The position numbers and the translations under genes are program-made. DNA of 64,000 nucleotides, taken from assembly GCA_964016885.1 (NCBI GenBank), contig OZ024740.1, positions 336,226,001-336,290,000 on the forward strand, in the 5' to 3' direction. This DNA comes from Eledone cirrhosa (Eukaryota). Of the stretch, positions 1 to 12,357 are shown in pieces. Every line of letters begins with the position of its first letter. Position 1 is the first letter of the stretch. Below the pieces are notes generated by a model. The model worked only from the letters and a program-made list of their open reading frames with translations. It was not told where the DNA came from and made no database searches.

Positions 1-285
1 GCACATAACTTAGCATAGAATAATGCATATCAATATTTTCTATCTACATAGCTTCACTGGAACGATTATATCTTATAACTAATAGGTTCGGAGAAAAGAA
101 ACAAAAAAATTGTTCACTGATGTATAGAATATAAATTGGTCTTTCTTGAAGCGTAATTTTTTTATCTTCAATTTCTATCTTGTCATTCCCTCTTATAGAT
201 TACAACCGTAAATTTTAAATGTAAAATTCTCGAATTTAACTCTATTGCAACTTAAACGGTGATAAATTAAAAATTAATACACACG

Positions 286-288
<3 letters not shown>

Positions 289-338
<50 letters not shown>

Positions 339-409
339 TCATACCTACATACATACATACATACATACATACATACATACATACATACATACATACATAC
401 ATACATACA

Positions 410-439
<30 letters not shown>
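289..439. repeat. Compound microsatellite (AT)n followed by (TACA)n
   Basis: Directly visible; representative of many similar tracts in the window. Confidence 0.95.
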
Positions 440-440
<1 letters not shown>

Positions 441-695
441 TATTTACATACATATATACTTATATACATATATATGGGGTATGCATGTATATATACATTT
501 ATATATGTGTGTGTGTGTGTTTGTGGATTTATGAATGTGCATGTGTCTAAGTGTATATAGCCTCATATTTAAAAGCACATCAATATGTCGATCTCTGTCT
601 GCTTGCCTATCTATCTCTTTCTCTCTCCCCTAGTATATAAATATGTATACAAATATGTATGCGCATGCTCATATTAATATACATTAGTACACACA

Positions 696-786
<91 letters not shown>

Positions 787-1701
787 AACATATATATATA
801 TATATATATACATGTGTGTGTTCGTATGAACACAATAATAAATATATGTGTGTAGTGGGTGTGCATATATAATGTGTATGTATGGAAAACAGATATGAAT
901 ATTCAATCAGAAAAGGCCATTTGAAGAACCTCTTAAATTATATAAAACTTTTGGATAAAGCTAAGTCTGAAAAGATAAAAACTTAATACTTTTGAAATAT
1001 ATGATCGGTTTTATTTTGTTTGTTGTGCGTTACTAATGGGTGTGTTTGGCTGTGTTTGGGAGTGAGTGAGTGGAGGATGGGAAGTATAGCATATATAGAC
1101 AATGATTTGTCTAGATTTATGAAGTATTCTCCTGAAGCTAAAATGAAAATGCAGACATCAGTATTTTGAAGCCTTAAACTATCGTAGGACACTGTACACC
1201 AAAGAACTACTTTATAATATATGCATTGGAGAGATTAATTCTTTTTTCCGAAAACAAAATAACTAATTTAACCAACTAGACATCTAATACTTTTCTGGCT
1301 TGTTCCATCTTTAGCTCTTAGAAATCAAAACACTAATCTAAGGTGGTAGATAGCTGTCACCAAGTTTAACACTACTACCTGCCGTTTCGGTGCCTTTATC
1401 AGTGTTCACTCTGTTGTAAGTATTCAGAGCGGATCTCTGGTTTCAGGATTCATCTCGCCTTCCTTCTTACTAATGCTAGAGACTCTGAGAAGTTTCATGG
1501 ACAATGATCTTCCCACTCTGACTAAATAGCACAAAACCACATAGATCTCTAGTATTCGATATTCGAGCCTACACCTCAGTAAATCAGGTTTTAGGGAGAT
1601 AGAATAGACAAACTGTACAAAGAGGTGTGCTGTTAAATATACATAGAGAAGTTTGGGCTTTGATTTTTTATCTGGGTTTAAGATAATGTACATTGTTTCA
1701 G

Positions 1702-1879
1702 AAATTTTGACAGCGTAGAAAATATATATAAATACCTGAACAAGTGTGTATACTTGCTAAGACAATACAACAATGATTTAGACACCTTCAAATACACTAT
1801 GTTTCCAGACATTGTCATAAATCCCTCTTGTGATGTGATTCCCATAGTAGTTGATGAGACTATGCAGGAAGTCGATTGA
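1702..1879 (+). CDS. Candidate terminal coding exon of an unidentified host gene
   Basis: Acceptor-like ttgtttcag|, then an open frame NFDSVENIYKYLNKCVYLLRQYNNDLDTFKYTMFPDIVINPSCDVIPIVVDETMQEVD* and an AT-rich tail; no family recognised. Confidence 0.2.
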
Positions 1880-2289
1880 ACGTTGGGGCCGAAATCCGAC
1901 ATTTGTATACATTTGTATAAGAAATGAAATACAATTTGCTTATACAGATTTCTTAATTATATATAGTCTGTATTGTCTATTTTATATAACTGGTTTATTT
2001 ATTTACTTTCTATTTTTGTATATGCCAGGGGCCGATGAACCAGTCATCAAGGATTCTATGAAAAGGTCGATGATCTAGTATGTTTGGGGATTCCAACGAC
2101 ACATCAGTGCTATATATGCCTTCAAATTATAATAGCGTTCACACATTATAATAGCCTCATAAATCATTCCTCTAGCGCAGAAGTGTTATAAGACCTTTTA
2201 GGAAATACTCCTTTAAATATTACGGCTGTGTCGTAAACTACTCAATTACATGCTCTTTCAGATATTATATTGGGTCCTTTGTTGGTTTT

Positions 2290-2590
2290 ATTGATGAGCA
2301 TTAAGTTGTTCGATCAACTGAACGTCCAGCTTGTGAATTAACCTGTAAGTGTTTCTGTATTCCATAGCCAACTGTACCTTTAAAATAATTCACAAGCCGA
2401 TTCAAAGGGCAATATGCGACAAGATTATATTACAGGTACAACCCATGCGTTGGGCTTTCAAACAGATCCCGTTTATTCAGTTTCATTCACGAGCCTAGGA
2501 CCGACTCATGTCTATGTTAAAGACGTTTGCTAAGATACCCCGCAGTAAGGATCGAACGATTGCGAAGCGAAATTCTTAACCACTCAGTTA
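2290..2590 (-). mobile_element. Degenerate tRNA-derived SINE remnants
   Basis: Shares segments (cagcttgtgaattaac; cttaaccactcag) with the copies at 32590-32900 and 43770-44095. Confidence 0.4.
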
Positions 2591-4891
2591 TATCTGCATT
2601 GCACATTATAACAGTGTCATAAATATCTAGTTCACTATCCTTGAGACACTACGTTTGTGTTATAAACCACTATAGAATACATTCTATGAGACAAAACACT
2701 GTTATAAAACATTTATATAGTAGTGTTTTACTGGTAGAATATGTAGGACTTTAAAACATTTGCTGTAGTGGCTTGGGCATGGCTAGTGTTAAAACGACGC
2801 TTGTCTACTTAGTAAACCATTTGAGAAAATTCGTGTTATAATCTGAAGTTTGCAGTGCTTTCGAAAGTAAACTAGTATGAATACTGTCCTAAACAATCCC
2901 ACTTTCATTCTTTTTGGCTAATTCTTATTCAGATTAAATGTTTATGCAAGAATTGGATATGATATCTTGAATCAAAGCTTAGCTCTATCAACGTACCTTC
3001 ATTTTTTAATGCGTAACATAATTAATGTTCACGTTAATTAGATGGTGCAAAAATCTGATAGAAAATGGGAATGTATTATATAAAGATAATTGGAGGAGTT
3101 TCAGTTATGAATTAGTATTAGATTAACATTAACTTCCAATAATTCTCATTAAAGTATGAAAGTGTTGATAAAATATTACAGAGAACTACACGTGAGTAGT
3201 TCATCACTCTCACTAAAGATAAATGTGGTTAACAGGACGTGTGTTCCGTGATGTTGCTAGGTTGGGATTTTACAGTGCAGAATTTTATAATGTTCCCGGA
3301 AAGCTCTATTTAGGATACAATTTCAGTTTCGTTTTTGAACTAAACCATTTCTCTTTACCTCACTCCTAGTTTTTCTTTTCTTGGGTAGACTTCCCATCTC
3401 TCACTTGCAATGTTTTCCTAATTCTTTGGACAGTAGCACAAGCAAACCCAACAACCCAATCTTCGGTAATGCGGCAGTGCTTGGTAATTTTGCTGATATT
3501 GGGTTTATTGAAGGGTTCATACATTTTTAATAAAACGAAGACATTGTCAATAGGAACAGCGACACCAAAAGTGAAATAAACATAAACTGAAAATGATAGT
3601 GAGGGTTAACATTAATAACAACTAGTTGAATTAATGATCAACAATAATATTCAACTGGCAATTGCTCTTTTGACAAAAGATGTTATTTACTACACTACAT
3701 CTTTTAACCATTAAGATGATGAAGGGAAATAATTCGGTGACAATATGGCAGCGCTGGTGTGTTACAACGGTGAGATAGATGTTACTTTTGGTTCAAAGAT
3801 GAATTAGTGGTATCTATTCATTTTAGAAAAGCAATTTTATCGATTCCTCTCTTTGTTGTTCCCCGTTCAATAATGAAACCAGTCACCCTCGAAATGATAA
3901 ACACTGATAAACAACATTAAAAGTAAGCAATCTAGTTTCTTTTCGCTACATTTATTAAAAACTGTCCAAGTGCAATACAACTAGACATGGAGCATGACCA
4001 ATTGTAAAATGGAGGCTTACTAACAATGACGTTTTATAATGAAACAACAGTAATCTAATTTGATGAATTTTTTATTTTATTTTACAATTCTAATATAATA
4101 ATGCTTTTACATGTAAGTAATTTTCTCTGATATCATTGTTATTTGTTGTTGGCAGTGTGTATTTTTATTGACATCAGTAGACTCGTCTAAATCGAATATA
4201 ACTCATAAACTACAATTGATTATTACACCGATTCTTGCATAAAGAACAACACACATTTCTATCATTTATTTATTCATTTATTCATTTATTTATTTAAATC
4301 GATAGTTCTGATAGAAGCTCTTCTTATTACTTACAAGAAGCGATGAGAAAGAGATCAAAACTTACAGAGCGACATCTACACGTATTAAAATAAGAATATT
4401 GTTTTGAATAGTTTGGTAGATTCAAGATGAATGTAGTACACATTAAATATTAATCGAATTTCTAACATTGAGTGTTATGCTGAGTACAAGAAAGAAGTGT
4501 TTCTGTGTATTAAAAAAAAATATGAATTTAAAAAAGAACTATATATACGATACTATATTACGCTGGTCTTGCTGTAAAGGATGAATAATTTAAAGGGCAA
4601 TGTTCATATTTGATTTTCACTATTTACATACATTTATTACTTTTAACAAATGCGAAAATTCTCTGCGTTGACGCCTGCTTTGCTAGAAATAGTAGCCAAA
4701 TCTCTCTCAAATCACACACTGCCTTACTCTTTAAAGCATACTCCTTAGATAACGAAATTCTAGATATACAAGCTCTGATTAATATATGGCTTGACGTTGG
4801 TGACTGCTGGAAGGCCTTTCACACCATATGACTGACTTGGGGTTAAGCAAGAACAACAACGACGACGACGTTTGTGTTATCTTTAATGGCA

Positions 4892-5036
<145 letters not shown>

Positions 5037-5289
5037 TGCGTGTGTATGTATATGTATGTATATTGGAATTGTTTACTGCGAAATTTCGCCTGAATTGCCA
5101 GCTTCACCGAAACATCAAAGTAAGCACTAACCAATGTAAATTATTAATTTCGAGAAAAATAATCCAATCTTTTCTTAAGAAATATCTCTTTAGAGTGATA
5201 TCAAATTCATCGATACTACATCGCTACATAATGAAGGCAAGGGGAAGATATACTTGAATATCAACACCAACAGCAGCTTGCCTGGGAAA

Positions 5290-5400
5290 GAAGCTCCGGA
5301 AGTGGGTGTCGCTGGCTATTCTCCGCGGTAATCCATTAGCCATTCCATCCACGGAACACAGCTGAAACAGCGTTCAGAGTGGAATGTAGAGTCTGTCACC
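5290..5400 (+). mobile_element. Short 3' remnant of a CRE-clade non-LTR retrotransposon
   Basis: From 5306 it reads VSLAILRGNPLAI, matching the CRE C-terminal ISLAVLRGNAFSI of the element at 57.1-58.9 kb. Confidence 0.45.
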
Positions 5401-6061
5401 CCCTCCCCTCTTCCTTTTTCGCTGCTTAATTCTCTTCTTTTTTTATTATTATTTTTCGCCTTTCTTTTGTCATGTTATCCAGTTTTTGTTGGGTTTTTTG
5501 GGGGGTTTTTTTTACTGCTGGGTATTTTGTAAAATCAGTAAAATCAGTTTTCCACCTTTAAAATATTTGTAATTTTAAATATGACTTTATAAGAATTCCG
5601 TCCGCAGTGTGTCAACGGAGAAAGCACTTACTGAATTTACTTTGAAATACAGATTCATAAGGCTTCAATATTTTCCCTTTGATATGATTCTAGCCGTTTA
5701 TACGTTAACTGTTCTGTTGCGGAACTGTTAGCTGTCGCATTAGTTAGGTATGTTAAAGAATATAGATAATTCAACAAACAGCTGTAATTTTGACATATGT
5801 AGAATATATATCAAAGTTCATGTGTTATATATGACTCTAGTGGTACCGGAAAAAGTTCATTGACACCACCGGAATTACTTCTTCGGAAGTCTCCAATTCC
5901 TTCATCAATAATTCTACGATTGCTGATGCATATTCAAGCTTGTTTACGAGAGAACATGATGAATTAGAGTTTAATAAAACTGACGCCTTCATGGCTTCTT
6001 TTGTTTTACCATCTTCCTCAAAAAGAGATGTACTCATCAGCAGTTAGTTACAGTTTATATA

Positions 6062-6258
6062 CCAGACCTATCAACTCTCCCCGTCGGTCGGGGAGATCTC
6101 CCACCCACTTTGACGAGGGTGATAGATGTTTTTTCTTGTGGAAAGGGGTATAGATTTCATTATGTATAATCCACCCATTTTGTTTCATTTCTCCCCGTTT
6201 TGTGGCACTTTTTTTCATGGTACTCCCCGTTTGGAATTTTTAGAGGTTGGCAGGTTTC
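6062..6258. mobile_element. Possible MITE with degenerate terminal inverted repeats
   Basis: Ends cagacctatcaactct and agaggttggcaggttt are imperfect reverse complements, flanked by tata. Confidence 0.35.
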
Positions 6259-6479
6259 TATATACATTAGCATATACATATTAATTAGTTTTGGTCAATT
6301 TATAGAGATTTAAATGTAGAGACACAAAAATATATGAGTATGTGAGCGCATATAGCATATGGTAGTTATTATGATTGTATAGAGTATATCATGCTAATTT
6401 ATCTGGTAGACACAATTTCGAAGAAAACCAGATATAAAGGGCGAGTATTGGCTGACGAAGCTCGTCTTCTTAGAACTAC

Positions 6480-7360
6480 TAAAGTGGGTTGGTTTTGATT
6501 TTAATTTTATTGCGTTATTGTCTCCCATTGGGTTTGATTTGGGGATTAGATTTATTTCTTGGTTGCACATTTTTTATTGAATTAATATTAAATGTTGTGA
6601 TTTTGTACTTGATTGATTGTATTTTGTGTGGTGTGTCGTGTTTTGTTTGGGCTTGTTTCATTTATTTATATTTTATTTTGATGTTGAGAGGAAACAATTT
6701 ACATGTATTATAATGCCATGGCTCTGATACTGTGTGAGCTAAAATCCCCAGTGAAAGATTTCTCTCTTTGTCGTATTAGTTGCAATAGTGTTAATATAAC
6801 TAAGGTTTTAATTGACGGAGGAGTAGTATGTTTGGGTGTGTGAAGTATGTAATGGATGAAGATTTTAGGACCAAGTGAAATAGCGGAAATTGTGGTAGTT
6901 CTTTACCCTTGCTTTTGGCTACTGCTTTTGGGCAGCGTGGGGATTAGATTGGAGTCGAGTTTGGGTATTCATTTTTAATAGTAACTTTCATTTCTATTTT
7001 TACAATTTAGTTTTCAGTTCTAATATAATTGTTAAATCTAATTTTAAACTGCTGTGTTGAATGGTGAATTTTAACGTGTTTTGCACAGTGTATTCTGAAT
7101 TCTAGCACTGATTTGGTTCTATTTGTTTATTTTACGGCAAATTCTGAATCAAATTATTTATTCTAAATTTTGTTTTCTTTGTTATGTTTATGGAGTTATT
7201 ATTTCAGATTTTGTTTAATTTTTAGTCTAAATATTTATTTTCTTCATGGATAGTGGATAGTGGATTGAATCAGATTTGTATGGGATGCTTGGACGACAAC
7301 CATTGAGTATGACAGCTGTGTGTATATTGTTTGGTAGCTATCATTTGCAGAGTAAGTGGT
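6480..7360 (-). mobile_element. Highly decayed LINE remnant (APE-like)
   Basis: Minus strand near 6730-6760 reads FTGDFSSHS, similar to the APE GDFNxH motif; strand-biased composition; no long ORF. Confidence 0.3.
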
Positions 7361-7736
7361 ACTAATTTATCTGGTAGCCATAATGTGGATGGAAACCAGA
7401 TATTTTACGTGATTTTGAAACACACATTGGCAATCGGCACCAGCACATGTACGAACTGGATCACATATACAAATAGACATTAGCAATACACAAGCACAGA
7501 CATGAATTGAATCACACACACAGACACATACATACACACATACACGCACAAACACACATACATACTCAAACACACACACACAAACAAACATACGCACGCA
7601 CATGCACACATACACATGCCACCACCACCACTAACAAACAAAATATACACCACTCCAACACACATACGCACATACTGTTCTCAAAGCAGCTTTTTTTAAT
7701 TCTGTCAACCAAATCCCTTATTTTCACACAGACTAG

Positions 7737-7775
<39 letters not shown>

Positions 7776-7777
<2 letters not shown>

Positions 7778-7975
7778 CGGAGGAAATGTGGTAAGGAACC
7801 AGATGGACCATAACGCACCAAAGTACTCAATACGTAGGGTAGTAGAGTGGGTAATAGGAACGAGTAGGACCCCGACGGCTGAGCTCAAGCCGTTTCGACG
7901 GCTAATTCTGGACTATTTCAGTCCAAAATTAGCCGTCGAAACGGCTTGAGCTCAGCCGTCGGGGTCCTACTCGTT

Positions 7976-7980
<5 letters not shown>
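7776..7980. mobile_element. Fold-back element in (TA)n carrying the 3' half of a hammerhead (family H); probably derived from a PLE pseudo-LTR
   Basis: 61-bp arms 7854-7914 and 7920-7980 with 1 mismatch; contains stem II-GAAA-CGGC..GCCG-TC; related copies at 45312, 46047, 59012, 59236, 59605 and 59970. Confidence 0.8.
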
Positions 7981-8029
<49 letters not shown>

Positions 8030-8289
8030 ACCATTAACTTGAGAATGTTGTAACGAAAGTTTTGTTTGATTACTCGACGGGAGATATTGAACAAGATTTA
8101 ATTAAATCCATTCTATAACTCATTTATGCCAATGTCTTGATGAATAATATATTTCATCTTCTTTTAGATTCTGCGAAAATTATTTGAAAAAAAAACACAT
8201 TGAAATGTTTGCGCCAATTAAAGAAAATTCGTTATGCCTCATTTCCTTCACAAAGAGAATAATTCAAATACAGCAGCAAAAGTCCATAT

Positions 8290-8690
8290 TGCGATGGCGT
8301 AGTGTGTGAAAGAACAGGCAAGAGGTGGCTTTCTTGTTTCATATACGGTCTCTACTGATATATACGCAACTTTCATGAAGGCAGACATGATTTAGTGATT
8401 AAGTTGTTCGCTCATGAAGGCATGGGTTTGGTCCCACTGAGAGACATCTCGGACAAATATCTCAAGCCTTGTAAATATCTCAAGCCTTGAAATTAGATAG
8501 ACAGAAACTGTGTGTAAACTTGTTGGTTGGATTGTTTCTGTAATTCAAAGGTCCAGCTTGTCACATATTATGCTATGCTGCTTTCGCTTGAGAATTAGGT
8601 TGCCAGTATACACTTCAGTAGACTACCCAGACACTTACACATTTAGTTACGAGCTGGACATTCAGTTGATTGGAGAGTTTTATATTTATC
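8290..8690 (+). mobile_element. Degenerate tRNA-derived SINE
   Basis: tagtgattaagttgttcgctca...ggtttggtcccactg head; tail resembles the reverse complement of the 43770-44095 SINE. Confidence 0.35.
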
Positions 8691-8841
8691 GTTGAAACCG
8701 ACGGAGGATCAGATCCATCATAGGCAACATTCGTTTATACATAGGTGGAATGCATGCATACATGCATGCATGCATACATACATACATACATACATACATA
8801 CATACATACATACATACATACATACATACATACATACATAC

Positions 8842-11800
8842 AAAGTTCGGTTTTATGCAAAGGCTAAAAACTTTATGGAACTCCAAACACCCAGAATTAG
8901 ACTTTTCTCCAAAGCATCTAAATGAACAGGCAAAACGTATCATTAGATGTAAATTGATACATCTAACGGAATCGAGTGATACTACAAATACAGCCCTTGT
9001 AGACAACCACCCCACCTCCACTGACAGACAAAGAGAATGGCCAGCTAAATCTAACAGTGAACAGCTCACCAACAATTTTGCTGAAATCCATCCCACTTCC
9101 ACTGAAGAACAGCGAGAAAGGTCAGCTGACTCTAGTAGTAATTGTCACCACATCAACAACGAGGCTGCAATTCATGACTCTACTGAACAAACAGAGCACC
9201 AAAAACTTGTGGGCACCCTACAAGTGATATGGAACGATATGTTTCAAGAGATACACAGCCTTAATGTGAGTGACAGACCATACAACACTAGAGTCAGTAA
9301 AGAACCCACTAAATTGGAATTGGAAGCGGTGAACGAAATAGCTGGCAATTATCTGAAGGCTATACGATCTAAAGGTGTAGAAACGACATTTGAAACGCTC
9401 AATGTTTTGTTATATGTTTCAGCTGTCACATTGCTATCATATAACACACATCTAAAACCACGCAATCAAGATACAAACAGAAATCCTGAACCAGCGTGGA
9501 TGCGAAATTTAAAAACCAAAATTTTGTCCCTGAGACGAAGTATCTCACACATCGCAGTCGTTATGAAATGCAACATAGAGAGAAACTTCACACGACACCA
9601 GGAAGACCTAAAGAAAAAGTTAGAGAGACGATTTGGAGATACCAAATTTAAAACTTTGAACTCCAAATTACACCAGTTGAAACAACAACTCACAGCTACA
9701 ACAGAAAGACTAAAATATAAGTCAACAGCCCATAAACGACAAGTGCTAAATAGATTGTTTGCCAGAGATCCTAAATCAGTTTATCGCAGCTTCGGTGGCA
9801 AAAGCTCAATCCCTGTAAACGACACCCCTTCAAAAGAACAGGTTGAGAACTACTGGAGATCTGTATGGGAAACGGATGACGGATTCAACAGACAAGCTAA
9901 TTGGCTAAAACAACTGGAACAGGACTACTGCCAACATGTCCAGACAAAACAATATGACATAGATGGGTCAATACTGGAAACAGCTCTACAGAAAATGTCG
10001 AATAGGAAATCGCCAGGCCCAGACCTCATTACAGGATACTGGTTGAAGAATTTCACTTTCTATCGGCAAGATCTCATACGGCTGTTTACAGAAACCATTA
10101 AGGGCACACAAGAACTGCCCAGATGGTTATCAACTGCCACTACTCTCCTCATTCCCAAAAATAGCCAAACCACCCTTGCTAAAAATTACCGCCCAATTGC
10201 CTGCCAAAACATCATGTATAAATTATATACTGGGTGCCTTAACCTGTTCTTACAGGATCACTGTTCACTGTGCTACCAACAACATCATAACACCTGAGCA
10301 AGCTGGTGGAAAGAGGGAGGTGTGGGGTTGCATAGATCACCTACTAACTAACAAAATGATTCAGGAAAAAACAACAAAGAATCGCAGAAACATGACTGTC
10401 GTGTGGCTGGACTATCAAAAAGCATTTGATAGTGTACCTCATGGGTGGATTATTAAGGCTTTACAGTTAGCTAAAGTCCCACAACCATTAGTAGCTGCTG
10501 TTGAACGCCTGACCAAGAACTGGTACACCAATTTGATCCTTAGAGGTGAGAAGGAGCAGGTTAAGACTGATAGGATACATTACCAGAAGGGCATCTTTCA
10601 GGGTGATAGCTTGTCAGTACTACTCTTCGTTCTCTCACTGAATCCACTATCTTACCTACTCAGGAAACAAGGTGGAAAAAAGAAGTGGGCCCAGAAGTAT
10701 CTCCCATCTTTTCTTTGTTGATTACCTGAAATTGTATGGGCCAAATATCAATGACATCAAGAAACAATTGGACCTCATTACACAATTTTCAACTGACATC
10801 AAAATGAAATTTGGTGAGTCCAAGTGTGCATATTTGGCAGTAAAACGTGGAAGAGCTGTGCCCTCCTCTAGAAATCTAGATATGAACGGCCTGACAATAC
10901 AACCTCTGCAGTCAGGTGACAACTACAGATATCTTGGACAGGATGAGAATGTCAGATATGATGGACCCATAAATAAGGAGAGAACCAGAACTGAATACCT
11001 CAGAAGAGTAAAAAAAATATGGTCATCAGAACTGTCAGCATACAACAAATACATTGCCCACAATACCTATGCTGTGCCAATTCTAACGCCAACATTTGGC
11101 CTACTGAACTGGTCATTGCAAGAACTAAGTGAGATGGATGTTAGAACTCGAAAACTTCTCAGTGTTACTGGGAACTTTAACATCAATGGTGATGTGAATA
11201 GGCTATACTTCTCACGCAAGGAAGGTGGCCGGGTCTAAAATCAATATTAACAACATATGAGACCCGGATAGTAACACTGAAGCAACACCTTCAACAGAGG
11301 AAAAAGGTTGGCGACCATCTTGCTCAGGTTTATGAGCATGAAAAAAGAAATATCATTAGAATAGCGACTGATCTGGAGGAGAGATATGGAATAAAGCCTG
11401 ATATAAATCTCTCACCCAGAGAAATCGGAAGATCCTATTCAATGTTCAAACAAGAAAAAAAAATTGACCAATTTACAGAGAAAGTTGTGCATGGATACTT
11501 GAGGCGTAAAACACAGACCATAGAGGGGATAAACCACTCAAAAAGCCTGGCATGGAGTTCCGACAAGTTTATGACATCACACCTTGAGGGATATCTCTGT
11601 GCAATACAGGAACAAGAACTCCCTACCAAATATCTGCTGCACAAAAGAGGAGGGCCAGCAGCTGACAATAAATGTAGGCTATGTAAAACAAAGATCGAGG
11701 ATGTAAGCCACATTGTTGCCAGCTGCGAAAGAATGTCATCTCGCTACTACCTCCCCATGAGACACGATGGGATAGCTAGAACTATCTGGAACGCACTTCG

Positions 11801-12326
11801 GAAAACAAAATTAACAACAAACGAGGAAGAATATATTGAGACAGATGGCACTAAGGAATACTGGTGGAACCTGAAAATAAAAACTGCCACCAAATTAAAG
11901 CACAACCGGCCTGATATTGTAGTTTGGGACCACACATTGAAAACGTGTTCTGTTGTGGAGATCAGCTGCCCACTTGATGTAAACGTTGTCAGAAAAATAC
12001 AGGAGAAGGAGGACATCTACGGACCATTGATGAGGAGCTTACAAATCCAGTATCCAAGATACACCTTTAGCTTCATACCCATCATTATTGGTGCTACGGG
12101 TTATATACCAACCCGCTTGGACCAAAGTATGACCGAACTTGGATTTGCGGACAAAAAGCGCAGCTCCCTAATTCATAGTCTACAAATGGCTGCGATAGCT
12201 GGCACCTTCAAAATATGCAAAACATTCTTGCGATTCAAGGGATGACAATTTCTTTTCTTTTACAACCTTGCCACCAGGAAGGTGGCCGGTCAAAAAAATA
12301 TACTCGAAATTAAGAGAAAGAGAAAA
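8842..12326 (+). mobile_element. R4/Dong-like non-LTR retrotransposon (RT + CCHC + PD-(D/E)xK RLE), 5'-truncated and frameshifted, in (TACA)n
   Basis: ORF pieces 8750-10297, 10176-10721, 10672-11238 and 11442-12245 contain KSPGPD, NYRPIAC, DYQKAFDSVPH, QGDSLS, FVDY (mutated xxDD), CRLC..H...C, RHD and RPDIVVWD..VVEISCP; (TACA)n on both sides. Confidence 0.93.
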
Positions 12327-12357
12327 CATACATACATACATACATACATACATACAT

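Noticed and set aside
1375-2075. Hammerhead-like strings at ~1380-1405 (minus), ~1851 and ~2032
   Set aside because: Core mismatches and no consistent stems
8750-8841. N-terminus of the 515-aa ORF
   Set aside because: Derived from the (TACA)n tract; the element is 5'-truncated
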